Positions 1 to 11,600 of a stretch of DNA of 64,000 nucleotides are shown one piece after another (the first letter of the stretch is position 1; every line of letters starts with the position of its first letter). The stretch comes from Adineta vaga. Its lineage: Eukaryota; Animalia; Rotifera. The notes under the pieces were generated by a model. The model worked only from the letters and a program-made list of their open reading frames with translations, had not been told where the DNA came from and did not search any database. The stretch covers positions 13,950,001-14,014,000 of the forward strand of contig CP075496.1 of NCBI GenBank assembly GCA_021613535.1, read 5' to 3'. A program made the translations under genes and the position numbers.

Positions 1-304
1 AAAAAAAGTACTTTGAATAACAAGAATGTGTTTTACTAGAGGATATTTCATGTGAATAATCATGTTTTTATTTTGATAATTAATAGAATAAAAAAAAGAA
101 GAATTTGATGATTGTGTTTGGCTAATTTACTGAAGAGAAATTAGATATGTGCATAAAGTAGAAATGATTCGTGTTAATCGTTTATTAAGGAAGAAATTAT
201 TGTTCGATAAAATCGTTTTTATAAATGAAAAATTATGAATTGGAAATGAATTTCTAGAAGTAAAAATGATGAGAAAATGAAAAGATTTGGATAATAGTTT
301 TACT

Positions 305-1356
305 TTATCTTTTTTGATGAGTAGATTTTGTCGTTATTTTATCTATTTTATGTTGAGGAGAATAGAAGTCATCATCGGAAGCAGATGAAGAAGTGCTGGT
401 TTTACATTGTGGGACATTGGGTAGAAGATTATGAGCTGATTTATTTAAATCTGAATTTAATAAAGATTTTCTTCGTTTAATTATCAAAGAAGAAATTACT
501 TGGAGAAGGATGTTTTCCGTTTATAGGTGAGATTTGTAAAGTGGGATTTGAGGAAGAAGATTTTGATATAGATTTCTCTTTTTCATTAAGTTTGGATCCG
601 GTTGGAATAGTCGAGATTAATGGACTTTTACCTACACCATGCTGATCAGGAAAAGTATGATCTATATTATCAATTTGAGAAAATATTTTTAGAATTAATG
701 GAGTTTACCTGGTGATGATGGTTCATGATGAATTGATAAGTCTTTGTTCAGTTTTTGTTGATTTTCTTTCTTTTCGATGTTCGCATTAGATTGACTCAAT
801 TGTGATTCAGTTGAAGCGGTTGATGATGTCTGAGTTATTGGAGATAAGGGGAATAAATTTTCAATAAAATTTGATTCTGTAAGAAAGTATTTTCGAACGA
901 TGAAGAGATTCAATTTTGTTTACCTTTTGCAGTAGATGTTGTTTTCTGTGTTACATTGGATTTTATTTGTTTCAATGGAATATCTCGATCAGAATTTTCT
1001 GCGTTATTTTCAAGCGTGTTTTCGGAATCAGCTTGTTTCTTTTTTATATAAACTAGAGCAGCAAGTGCCATAACTGAGAGTAGAGCAAGGAATGGACCAA
1101 TGATCCACCATGGTGAGAAACCATTTTCCGTTGTACTCAATGGTACAGCAGCGTCTGCCATTGTACGTGGAGCAATTATATTAATAACTGGTGGTGAATG
1201 CGAAGCTGGTAAAGGTCGACTTTGTGGTCGATATATTGCATCAGGATGTGTTGGAATTGGTTCGTTTACAAGACCACTAAAGTGTATTTCTTAGATTTAA
1301 GAAGATAAAACTTTAGATCCAAACCTATTTCGTTTGAATCGATATCGAATGGACAT
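305..1356 (-). CDS. Multi-exon single-pass membrane protein with Ser/Pro-rich cytoplasmic tail; 5' end uncertain
   Basis: Phase-consistent GT-AG introns (e.g. 1324-1277) join MSIRYRFKRNSGLVNEPIP...MADAAV, a TM segment WWIIGPFLALLSVMALAALVYI with KKK stop-transfer, and the ORF pieces 695-913 and 305-487. No family recognised. Confidence 0.55.
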
Positions 1357-1978
1357 GAACTAAATGTTCAACATACATCAGCACGATGATTTAATTTAAT
1401 AAGTGAAAGTTAATAAAGTAATCTTGATGTGAACTGAACAATAAGTTAAATCAAATCGAGATTAAATTATAGATAATGATATAAGAATCATGAATTCATT
1501 TAAACACAGTTGTTTTTTTAGAAATTATTATGAAAGAAAAAAATATTCGATTTATTATTTTATACCTTTAAACGAATATTTGAAAGGCGCGAACGTTAGT
1601 TATCAAAATAATATTTCATAGCGGGCAGGAATTCGTCTATTAATTTTCAGTTTTGCTTATAATTAGGAAAGGTTTCTCGTAGTTTCCATCGATTTCCAAC
1701 TTATGGATAAGCACAACTGATAGTTACATCGAGCGAAGAATTATTCAATGATTTTTGTTGTTCGTTTATTATAAAATGAATTTCATACAGAATTGAAAAA
1801 GTAATGAATATTCAATAGACGATATATGAAAATGAAAATCATCAAAAATAAACATTCAATAGAATAAAAATACAAAAATGAATAAACAAATCGAATATCA
1901 TCACAGTTCTTAGTTTTATCATACAAAAAAACATCAACGTATAATGAATATTTTCCAGAAGAATAGAGACAAAAGTCT

Positions 1979-4060
1979 TCAATCATGAACACCTTCTCTT
2001 CCGCAGACATAGCTCCAAAACCTAAAATAATCACAGATATAATTAATAAACAAATTGGAAGAATAGTTAACTCAAGTTGATGAACACTGTAAGTTATTAC
2101 AGATATAAGAGCAATTTCATAAACTGAGATATAGCTGAACAATCTTATGCATGTGTAGGAACAACTTTGCTCACACACTTACCCAGGTTTTTTCTTTTGT
2201 TTCTTTATTAAAGGAGTATCGGGTTTATTGTTTATGACTTCGAATGTCTAGTGAAGATGTAAATATAATAAAAATAAGATGTAGATAATTATACATACTC
2301 CAGTTTCATGCCGAGCAACGTGTGCACGTATACGATGATTATTAGGCAGCGGTCGATCATAAATAATGGTTCTGCTTGGATCTTCGTTTGAGTCTTTGTT
2401 TCGTAAGTTTTCCATTGATGCTCTTTGATATCGTAAATTATCATCTACATATGAGAAATATTCATACAAATATCAAAAAATAGAATATTGTCTCTACTTG
2501 TTGATCCAAATTTTCGTGGTTTTGATAGATTTTCGTATGAACGATCGCGACTTCGTGATCGTCTGAAATCATTTTTATGATCGTGATTATCACGAGGAGA
2601 ACCATTTTCAATCAGTATACGTTCATCACTTTTAGAACGTCGCATTCCTTGTTCTCTTCGCTCAACACTATGATTAGACAAACATTTGCTGCATGTGTTT
2701 GATCGATATCTAGTTTTTCATAGTGAACTTCACGACGTGGTGATTCGAATTCTGGTTAAAAGACGTTTTCTGCTTACGATCAATTCAAATATGTATACAG
2801 TGAGCTTACTAGGTGGTATTGGATATTCATTATCTGGTTTTTCTTTGACTGGTAAAACAACAACTTGTCCTGGACGTGGTCTAACAATTCTACGTGCTTC
2901 TTTCATGTTGTGTGGATTTCTTGAACAATTTCTCTATTCAATACACGAAGTAAGACTTTATTCTAATGAAAAGGATTGTCACCATTGAATTACTTCGTGT
3001 GAAAGAAGTTGTTTTGCTTCGCACAATAGTTGACAATATTCACATGGAAGTTGTTCAGTGACTGGTTCTTTGCTCATGGATCTACAAAGAAAAATTCTTA
3101 AATTGACATTTGTTATTTATCAGAGACAAATACCGAGCACGATTTTTGTTTTGTTGTATTTCACGTTCTCGACAAGTTTGCTGAAAAGATCATTGATATA
3201 AAAGAGTGACTGATATGCATTTCACTTACTGTATGACTTGACCAATTCGGTAAATCAATGAGTTGATCACATATCTCACATGGAACATGTACAATACCAT
3301 TTGAAGGTGACCCTCGATTTTGATTTGGCTGAAATGGTTTTCGTTGTTGTTGTTGTCTATTGTTGATATTGGACGGATTTTGAAGACACTTATCCTACAA
3401 CGAGATTCTTCAAGATAGATAGACAATTGAGTTGATGTGATGAAATACTCGATGAATTGTATAATCAGCTTTTGCACATTGTTGTCGACAATATTCACAA
3501 TGGATTATCAGAGGTACTTGTCCTTCAATGTAATAATATTTCAATAGAAGAAAAATGTATGATAGAAGTTAAAATACATACTAGGATTTGCTTGCGGTGA
3601 TTGAATTCTTACATTTTTTTGTTGAGGATAATTTTCATCAGCAATATCTTCTCGTGAATATGGTCGATTACGATTTACAGGTGAATGTTGTGCGATTTGA
3701 ATTCTACGCTCATGTGGAGGAGTTTCGATATCATCGATGGAAGCACAATTATTTTCATAATGATAGGCAAAATGTGAACGTCGTATGAATCGTCGACATT
3801 TTGGACATTCATCAGTTTTATTTCCACAAATTAATAAATGCTGCTGTAAGACTGTTGATGTGGGGAAAGGATCTTCGCAAAATGAACATGTAAACGATCG
3901 ATTCGAACAGTTTGTTTTCTAGAAAGACACAATGATGATGAATAATAAATGAATGAAATGATTAAGAATCTACTTGATGTTTTCTGAAAGCTTGTTCGTC
4001 GAAGAATTCTTGTCCACAATGACATGCATAATCTAAGTTTTGATTATTATTGTCGGACAT
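1979..4060 (-). CDS. TRAF-type zinc-finger protein, TRAFD1/XAF1-like (multi-exon)
   Basis: Manual splicing gives MSDNNNQNLDYACHCGQEFFDEQAFRKHQ|KTNCSNRSFTCSFCEDPFPTSTVLQQHLLICGNKTDECPKCRRF, then repeated fingers (HCEYCRQQC..H, VPCEICDQ..H, LPCEYCQ..HE|KNC) like TRAFD1/XAF1. Last exon ends PGFWSYVCGREGVHD* at 1979-1981. Confidence 0.75.
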
Positions 4061-4567
4061 TACAAAATACCTTGAAAATAATCGATTGAATATTTCACAA
4101 ATCAAATGAATCTAAATCTAAATGAAAGTAACATTTTATTGTTTGTTGAACAAGTGTTAAAATTGTATATGTCCTTTATCTTTACGATAGAATAACACCT
4201 GTATTTGTAACATCTTTTTTTTCCTGACATTTAAATGAAGTTCATTCAAATTTGAACTATCAAAAAAAGATCTTTTGAAGTTAACTATATATGAAACTAT
4301 AGTTAGTCATGACTTTCATTTTCGAAGAGATTAGATTAAAAAAAGTATCAAAAAAAAAACAACGTAAAAAAATACTTGAAAAATAAAAGAACGGAAGAAG
4401 AGAGATTTTAATTTCTACCTGTCTCGTCTGCGATAAACATCACTCACATCATAAATTCAATGGGCAAGTAGTGGTGCAATAAAATCCAATTGGAAGGATT
4501 TTATTATATGAATGAAAGGAAAAAAAATCATTTTTTGGAAAGAGGTCACTCTTTGTCAAAATATTTA

Positions 4568-5547
4568 TTACAAAGCTTCAATTGAGAAATCATAAGAATT
4601 GAAATCATCGATAGATGTCTTATAATAATCGATTTGATTATTAATAGATTGTATTTTTTCCCAACTAAATAATGACCCATCGAGACGATCTGCACGTTCA
4701 TAGAATATTTTAGCCCATTGAAGATACTGAAGCTTTTCAACTATTGATATTCTATCGAACTGTGAGATTTGACAAAGTTCTGCTCGATTGAAATAACTCA
4801 GCGCCAGATCCGAGTAATTCGTATTAATAATGTTTGATCATGATCGAACATTTGTAAACGATCAAGATAATCTAAACCCCATTGAAATTGATACCAATCA
4901 TTTCGTAAAATATAAATAAAGACGTGTTCAAGATGATTTAAAAGAGGAACAATATGACTTCCAACATCATTTGAAGTTATCAAAATAGTCACTGGACGAA
5001 AACCTGTTCGATTGATAAACTCAAGACATATTTCAATATCTTCAAATACTTTGAAATAACTCATTTTTGCTGTTTCAAATAGAGTTTGTTCATCACAAAT
5101 TGAAAGATCGATATCATCGGTGAAATAAGTTGTATCTATCGATGTTATATTATGAAATTGTTGTTTTAATAAACGATGATTCTCCGGTATACCGATATAT
5201 TTATCTAACCAAACGATTTGATGTTTTAATTGATTGAAATTTGTTGAAGGTAATGAAATAGATGGTTGTACTTGATGTTTAGTTCTGTTTCTCTTAGGAA
5301 TCATTCTACCAAAAATAGTAGCAACACTTGTTCTCGGTAATCGTTGTCGTAACCAATTAATGAATTCATCATCAAATTCTACATAAGTTTGAAATCGTTC
5401 GTCATAGATTTGTAAAATAAAGTATTTTATATTGATATTAAAAATTGTTTCAATACATAGAACAAGATCTTTATATAACAAACTATGATCGATAAAAAAC
5501 GTAGTAAAACGATTACCGAAATAAATATTGAAATTATAAGATGCCAT
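4568..5547 (-). pseudogene. Intronless receiver-like ('IVWLD') protein with PB1-like N-terminus; 1-nt frameshift near 4810 (pseudogene or assembly error)
   Basis: ORF 4798-5547 has IVWLDKYIG...FEDIEICLEFI...TILITS...FIYIL...QMFDHDQTLLIRITR. A shifted frame continues without stops as DLALSYFNRAE...LQYLQWAKIFYERADRL...IEAL* to 4568. Confidence 0.6.
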
Positions 5548-5921
5548 TAAAAGTATTGAATGTTAAGCAAACCCATAATAACACCCATGCTTTATCTTTC
5601 GTAATTTATAATAAGATTCGAATGAATAAATGACTACATTAACATGCAAAGTCAAATGTAAGAAACCGAATAAATATTATTATTGACATATACAATCACA
5701 TGGCGGGCACAGACCTTCTCTTTTCATTCTGTGTTCCTTTTTTTTCAAGCGAAAACAGTTATCGGTATTTTCGAGATTGGAAATAATGTTGCAGATTGGA
5801 AGATCGCTTAGCAATGTATTTGTGTATATACACAACTATTCTCTTATTCTTATGTTACAGTATACATTTGTGTAACAGATTTTCAAGAATTGGGTAGAGG
5901 TGTTTATAGAATATTGATCAA

Positions 5922-7640
5922 ATGAACAATCGAGAATGTAGAATTAATGCCTGTGGTCGGACTAAATCCACTTGGTCATTTACGAGACAAACCACTAAAC
6001 AAGACTTCGATCAATTTCTTAAATCATGGATAAATACAAACGAATTGAAAGAATATGTTGTTCTATATGAAGACTATAAGAGTAAAGATAAAAGAATTTT
6101 GGATATTGATCAGCCAAATTTTCTCACAACACTCTTTGATTCTCTAAATACAACTATTGGTGTTCATTCATCGATGACTGATGTTGATTATATCAATATA
6201 TTTATTGAACCGAAAATACATAGTAATAATAGTCTGTTTTTCATGTATTTTTAAGTACGTTTATTTTTTCAGCAGATATATATCCAGAAGAATCATTACT
6301 ATCGCCATGTCTTCTATCGGCATATCGTAAGATCTCTTGTTCAATTTTAATTTCGCAAATATGTATATTTTGTAGAGACATTCTTTGAAAATCCGTTGGC
6401 ACAAGAAGATTTGCTCTGTCAAGAAAATTATGTCGATGGTTCTAAAGAAATAGATAATATGGCAAATACGATCGGTATATTAGATTAGTTTTATTTTCAA
6501 TCTTAATATGATTTATAGTTCCTTTGCATACTAATATTCTAGATACCTAGTTCTTAATTTCAATAGTTAAGTTTCTAGTTTCAAAAATACAAAACTCTCC
6601 TTTGAAAGAGTCTACTTCGTGACAAACCTTTTCTTTTATCCATTCCACTGAACAATATTAGAAAATATTTCATATAGATTATAATTCATCGACAAAACAA
6701 GTATCTCAATTAATTACATATCAGACAGAAGAAGTAGCACCAACAACAACGACGAGTGCAAGTAATTCAAGTCCAGATGTCGACCATATTCGCATGATTC
6801 TTGATGTTAATCCAAATCCTGGTAGAATGAGATATAAATCCGATGTTATACCGAAACGAAGTCTAGGAGAACGAAGAATCACAATACAACAAAAACCCAG
6901 TTACAGTCTATTATCTGATGAGAAAAGATCTGATCAAAAAGGCAAACATATTTGGCCTATCATTGAAGTTAGTAACTAAGATAATAAATTAATATAGATT
7001 ATAGTTTATTTTTATTATAGATTCCATCATCTGCAATTCAGTACATGCCTAATGGTGTTCCTGTTCGTTTACAAATAGCTGCAGTAATCGAGGAAAAATC
7101 GAATAATGAACGTATTTGGAAATTACATCAAGTTTGTGAATTCCATCATCCAGGTTACGATGGAACCTCTATTGGTGTTAATCCAATTGAAATCCTTTTA
7201 GACTCTGAAACAGTTCAACATCGACAATATACGTAAGATGATTTAAAGTATTAATATGATTTCAACTTTTACTCTTAGAATAAAAATCATCTTAGTTCGA
7301 AAACCGGGGATGATTGGTATCGATTCAAAAGGTCAAGAGTTTCATCGACTTGATGAAATGATGGCACAAAAACTTCATAGTGCTGAACATAGTGATAAAC
7401 TTATTCGATTAGCATTTGTTTTGAAAATAAATGAAGAAACGAATATGAAAACCTTCGGTGTATCTGATTTTATGGATTTTAGTATGTTATGAAAATAATC
7501 TTCTCTTTATATGATCGAATGGCTTCTCTTTAGAATCCAAAAGCAAAAATGAACAAGTCTCAATTCCATCCAAAACATGTTCCGAATGCAATCGAACAAT
7601 TCCAACGAAACAATGTGGAAAAAAAGTAAAATATATTTGA
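5922..7640 (+). CDS. Seven-exon protein with PB1-like N-terminus and divergent Rel-homology (RHD-N)-like domain, C-terminal CxxC
   Basis: All six introns are GT-AG and phase-consistent. Motifs ILDVNPNPGRMRYKSD, WPIIEIP, VRLQIAAV, KLHQ, IILVRK, IRLAFVL, GVSDFMD follow the order of Rel IEQPKQRGMRFRYKCE, HPTIKI, VRISLV, HPH, IQCVKK, VRLCFQV, VLSHPIFD. Stop TGA at 7638-7640. Confidence 0.6.
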
Positions 7641-8699
7641 ATAATATTATTCAACACTAACACTGCTGAGAAAATACGTTCGAATTTTTGAATTCAAACT
7701 GATCTTGACAGTGATGAACATGTACTATAATTCGACATTGTCGTATCTGAGTAATATGTTTTGTTGCATGATCGATACAGATAAATATATAAAATATCTC
7801 AATTAATTGAACACTTACGAAAATTACTACAGACACGAAGCTATTTCGTTATTTGAATTGACCATTGAATAAAGTTGAAAGCAATAGATAGCCCTTCATT
7901 ATCTCTTATTGTCTGAGTTATTCCACTTGAATCGTAAATATTTCAACAGAAATTCGTTGAAGTTCTTCAAAATGAGAATGATAATATTTTCGCGCACATC
8001 ATATTCTTGAGTAATAGTGCCTGGCGAAATCCGTATCTTCACTCTCTCTCTCTCTCGCACCCTCACTTTTAGCACGGAAAATTGTTAGAGCATGATGAGG
8101 AAGAGCAGAATGTGAACATGTATTTATTACAAATGAACAAAGAAAGAAAAGACTGACATTCTCTTTACTCATCGCTGTAGATGCGATTATATCATCATTC
8201 GAAATTTCTTGAAAAATCTTTTCGACATTTTCGGTTCAACGGACTTTTCCTCTAATAGAAAGAAAACAATTCAGTACATAATTTCCATGGAAAATTAAGA
8301 TAATCATCAAGAGATATTTCTATTTATTTTCACTTTTCAAGAATTATTTTATCAGTAAAAATGTCGCTGAGACATTTATTATTCGTAACATAACAAACTA
8401 GATTTCGAATCAAACATTCGCAAGCCGCTGATGTACTTTATTACAAAAAGTTTTAGTATTACAATAAACATTGACATCAGTAGAAGAGAAAAACAAAGAC
8501 ACACACACGCACACACACACACACAGATTATTTGTGTTATATTAACAATGATATGACAATGTGAGTTTATTGAACAACAACGAGTAGTTTTTTTTGTAAG
8601 AAAAAAAAACATGTGCAGTGAAGAGAGAAAAAAAAGAGAGATTAACTTCTACGAAAATGAGAAAAAGTAATAAAGAAGACGAAAAAAATTGAGAATTAT

Positions 8700-11600
8700 T
8701 TATCTTATCTCATGTTCCAGATGTGAAAGAATAGATAGATTATCAATCTCATCATCTGCTGAGATTGAAGGTTTACTATACAAAAAAATAAAGTTATTTT
8801 CACTATTATCATCGAGACAAAAATTTTTTTCTTGAGGTCGACAATCACCATCAATATCTTCATCATCAAAATATTCAAGATTGTTTGTGACATTCTTTTC
8901 ATTAATTAAATAAATTAAATGCCGATATTCTTCAATTTGTTCATTCGATCGATTTAATTCATCACGAAGTCTAAAGAGAATAAGTGATTTTTATTTCGAA
9001 GAAACAAAAAAAAACAAATTCGAAAACATGCAAATAAACATCAACAACAACAATAAAAACACATGCAATTGATAATCATCATTAGGATGAAACCCACCTG
9101 TTTGTTATACAACTGTCTCATGCGAGCAGAGCCTGAGAGAGAAGAAGAGAAAGAGAATAATCGTGCAAAATCAATAATGATTAGAAAAAAGGGTAACTAA
9201 ATTTTCTTTCTTTACCCAGATTAAATCTAAGATTTCTAAAGAATAATTCAACTTACCGTTCGGCTTGTTTTTCACATTCCATTCGACGACATTTTTCTTC
9301 TTGATATAGATTTAACATTGGAGAACGTTGTGGAAGTACTAAATCCTAGAATGAAATTCATGTTTTTCTATCAACTAAATTCTATAATTAACATTACTTT
9401 ATTTGATGAACTGTGACTTAATGCTTTCACACCCATTTTAGGTGGTGGTGGAATATGTTGTGTTGAAAAATTTGTTGGTCTTTTCATAATTCCATTCGAA
9501 TCATCATTCGTTTTTATACAATAATACGTTGTTGAACTTTTATTTGGCATTGGTGTCGAAAGATTTGATGATGCTAAACTCTGTGTACTACGTGTCATAT
9601 AACTATTATTTAAAACAAATAATGGCTGTTGTTGTTGTTGTTGTTGTTGTAATGATTGTCGACTAGTTGAATGAATCAGAGATGTTGAGGAAGATTCTGG
9701 AAGAGATTCAATACAAAGACTATTGATAAAATAAAGTGCTTTTTTAGAATCAGTTTGAGATTGATTACGACGTTGTGAATGTTGTTGTTGTTGTTGTTGT
9801 TGTTGATCATCATCATCATCATCATTATCAGATAAATCACTTGGAAGTTGTTGTTCATCTCGTTTGAGCATTTGATGATGATGATTAAAAAGTGGATTTT
9901 TGAAAGACAATGGTGTACGAATATTTTCTTTATTGAGATTTTCAACTGTTGTAATTGTTGGCGATGTTGAAATTGAATGATAACCTTGAGATGAACCATT
10001 TGTTGTACCTGTACCGGTAATTGATAAAGATATTTGACTACCATAAGGATCATGAGATTGTTTATCTGAACGAATGGAATATTGTTCGGAAGGTGTTGAA
10101 TGATGATAAATATGATGATGATGATGATGTAAATGAATTTGTGTACCATTATTTGATGTTGATGAATAGAATATTTTAATATTAGTTAATTCATGAAGAA
10201 CATATTCTAATTCATTTAATGTTCGACGAGTATTTACATCAATTTGTTCAAAAAGATCAGCAAGTGTTGAATGAAGAATAGAATATTCTCGGCCTAATTA
10301 AAAAAAAACGAATTGAAAAAGAATTTTGAATGAAATCTATTCGAAAATAAACAAACCTAAATCAATATCACATTTATCATCATGACAAATGTTATTCAAA
10401 TTTGATGATCGTGGTTCATCATAATCATGATCAATTGTCTAAATTGAAGAATATTCAAAAAGGAAAATTTTCTCTTTTATAATAACTTACAGAAATATTC
10501 GCTAAAAATCTTCGCATATTATCCGATTCTTTTCCAACAAAATCATTCATAAATTTCATATAAGATTCTTTTGGACCAAATCTTTAAGAAATCAAAATCA
10601 AAATGAATCTGAAAATCGAATGAAAATAAATCTTACTTGGAGAAATTTGCTAATGTTTGTAAAGTTTTCGCAATTAAAGTTAATTTTCTCGATGATTTTT
10701 CATTAGGATATTCTATTTCAAAAAACAAAAGGTAAATGAATCATTTAGTTTCAATTTCTAATTAATTACCTTGAGTTAAACCAAATAAATTCGGTGAAAG
10801 AATTGCTGGACAAAGAAAACGAAGAAAAACTGAACCACTAATTAAATTAAACATTGTTTCATCCGATGATGAAAGTTGTCGAAGTTTCCAAAAAATTCGT
10901 TTTAATTCCCTAAAAATGAATTTCAATTTACAATCTTTATAGAAAATAATATTTACTGAGGAAATAATAAATGTGATTGTTGAATTTCCAACCAAATCTT
11001 TTCACATAAGAATCTCAAAGTAATTTGATTTCGTTCTAAATTTTGTACATTTGATACTCGACCAGGATCAACTTCTAAATCGAAATCATTGGACGTTTTT
11101 GACGAAACAATATCAGTTACAAATCGTGTTAATGTTTCACGTAAATATGTATCACCAATTAATTTCATATAAGCTTCCATTGATTTTGTTGCAATGGAAT
11201 TACCACGAAATGTTAATGTATTATCCGGTGTTGAGAGAATTTCTGCTTGAACAATATCAACAAGAAATGAAGTGGAAAATGACAATGATTGAGCAATACG
11301 AGTTAATGATGTTGCTTAAATAAATAAACATTAGATAAAAAGATGATTATCTTTCGATATGTTTACTTACCAATTTCATCTTTATCTCTTAGACTAATAT
11401 GTGGTTCGAGTATTCGAATTAATCGAAGATAATCTCGTCGAATATACTACAAAAAAAAAAGAAATGAATTTTTAAATTTTGAAGAAAATTTTTGATAATA
11501 AAACGAACTTCTTGTAGATGTGAATAGGATTCAATGGGTAAGATTTCAATTGCTTGATATTTTGCTTTAATACGAATATTAAATGAACCATCTTGTAATC

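Noticed and set aside
1783-2178. 131-aa hydrophobic ORF
   Set aside because: Starts at GTG inside an intron and overlaps the last exon and 3'UTR of the TRAFD1-like gene in another frame; the hydrophobicity reflects T-richness.
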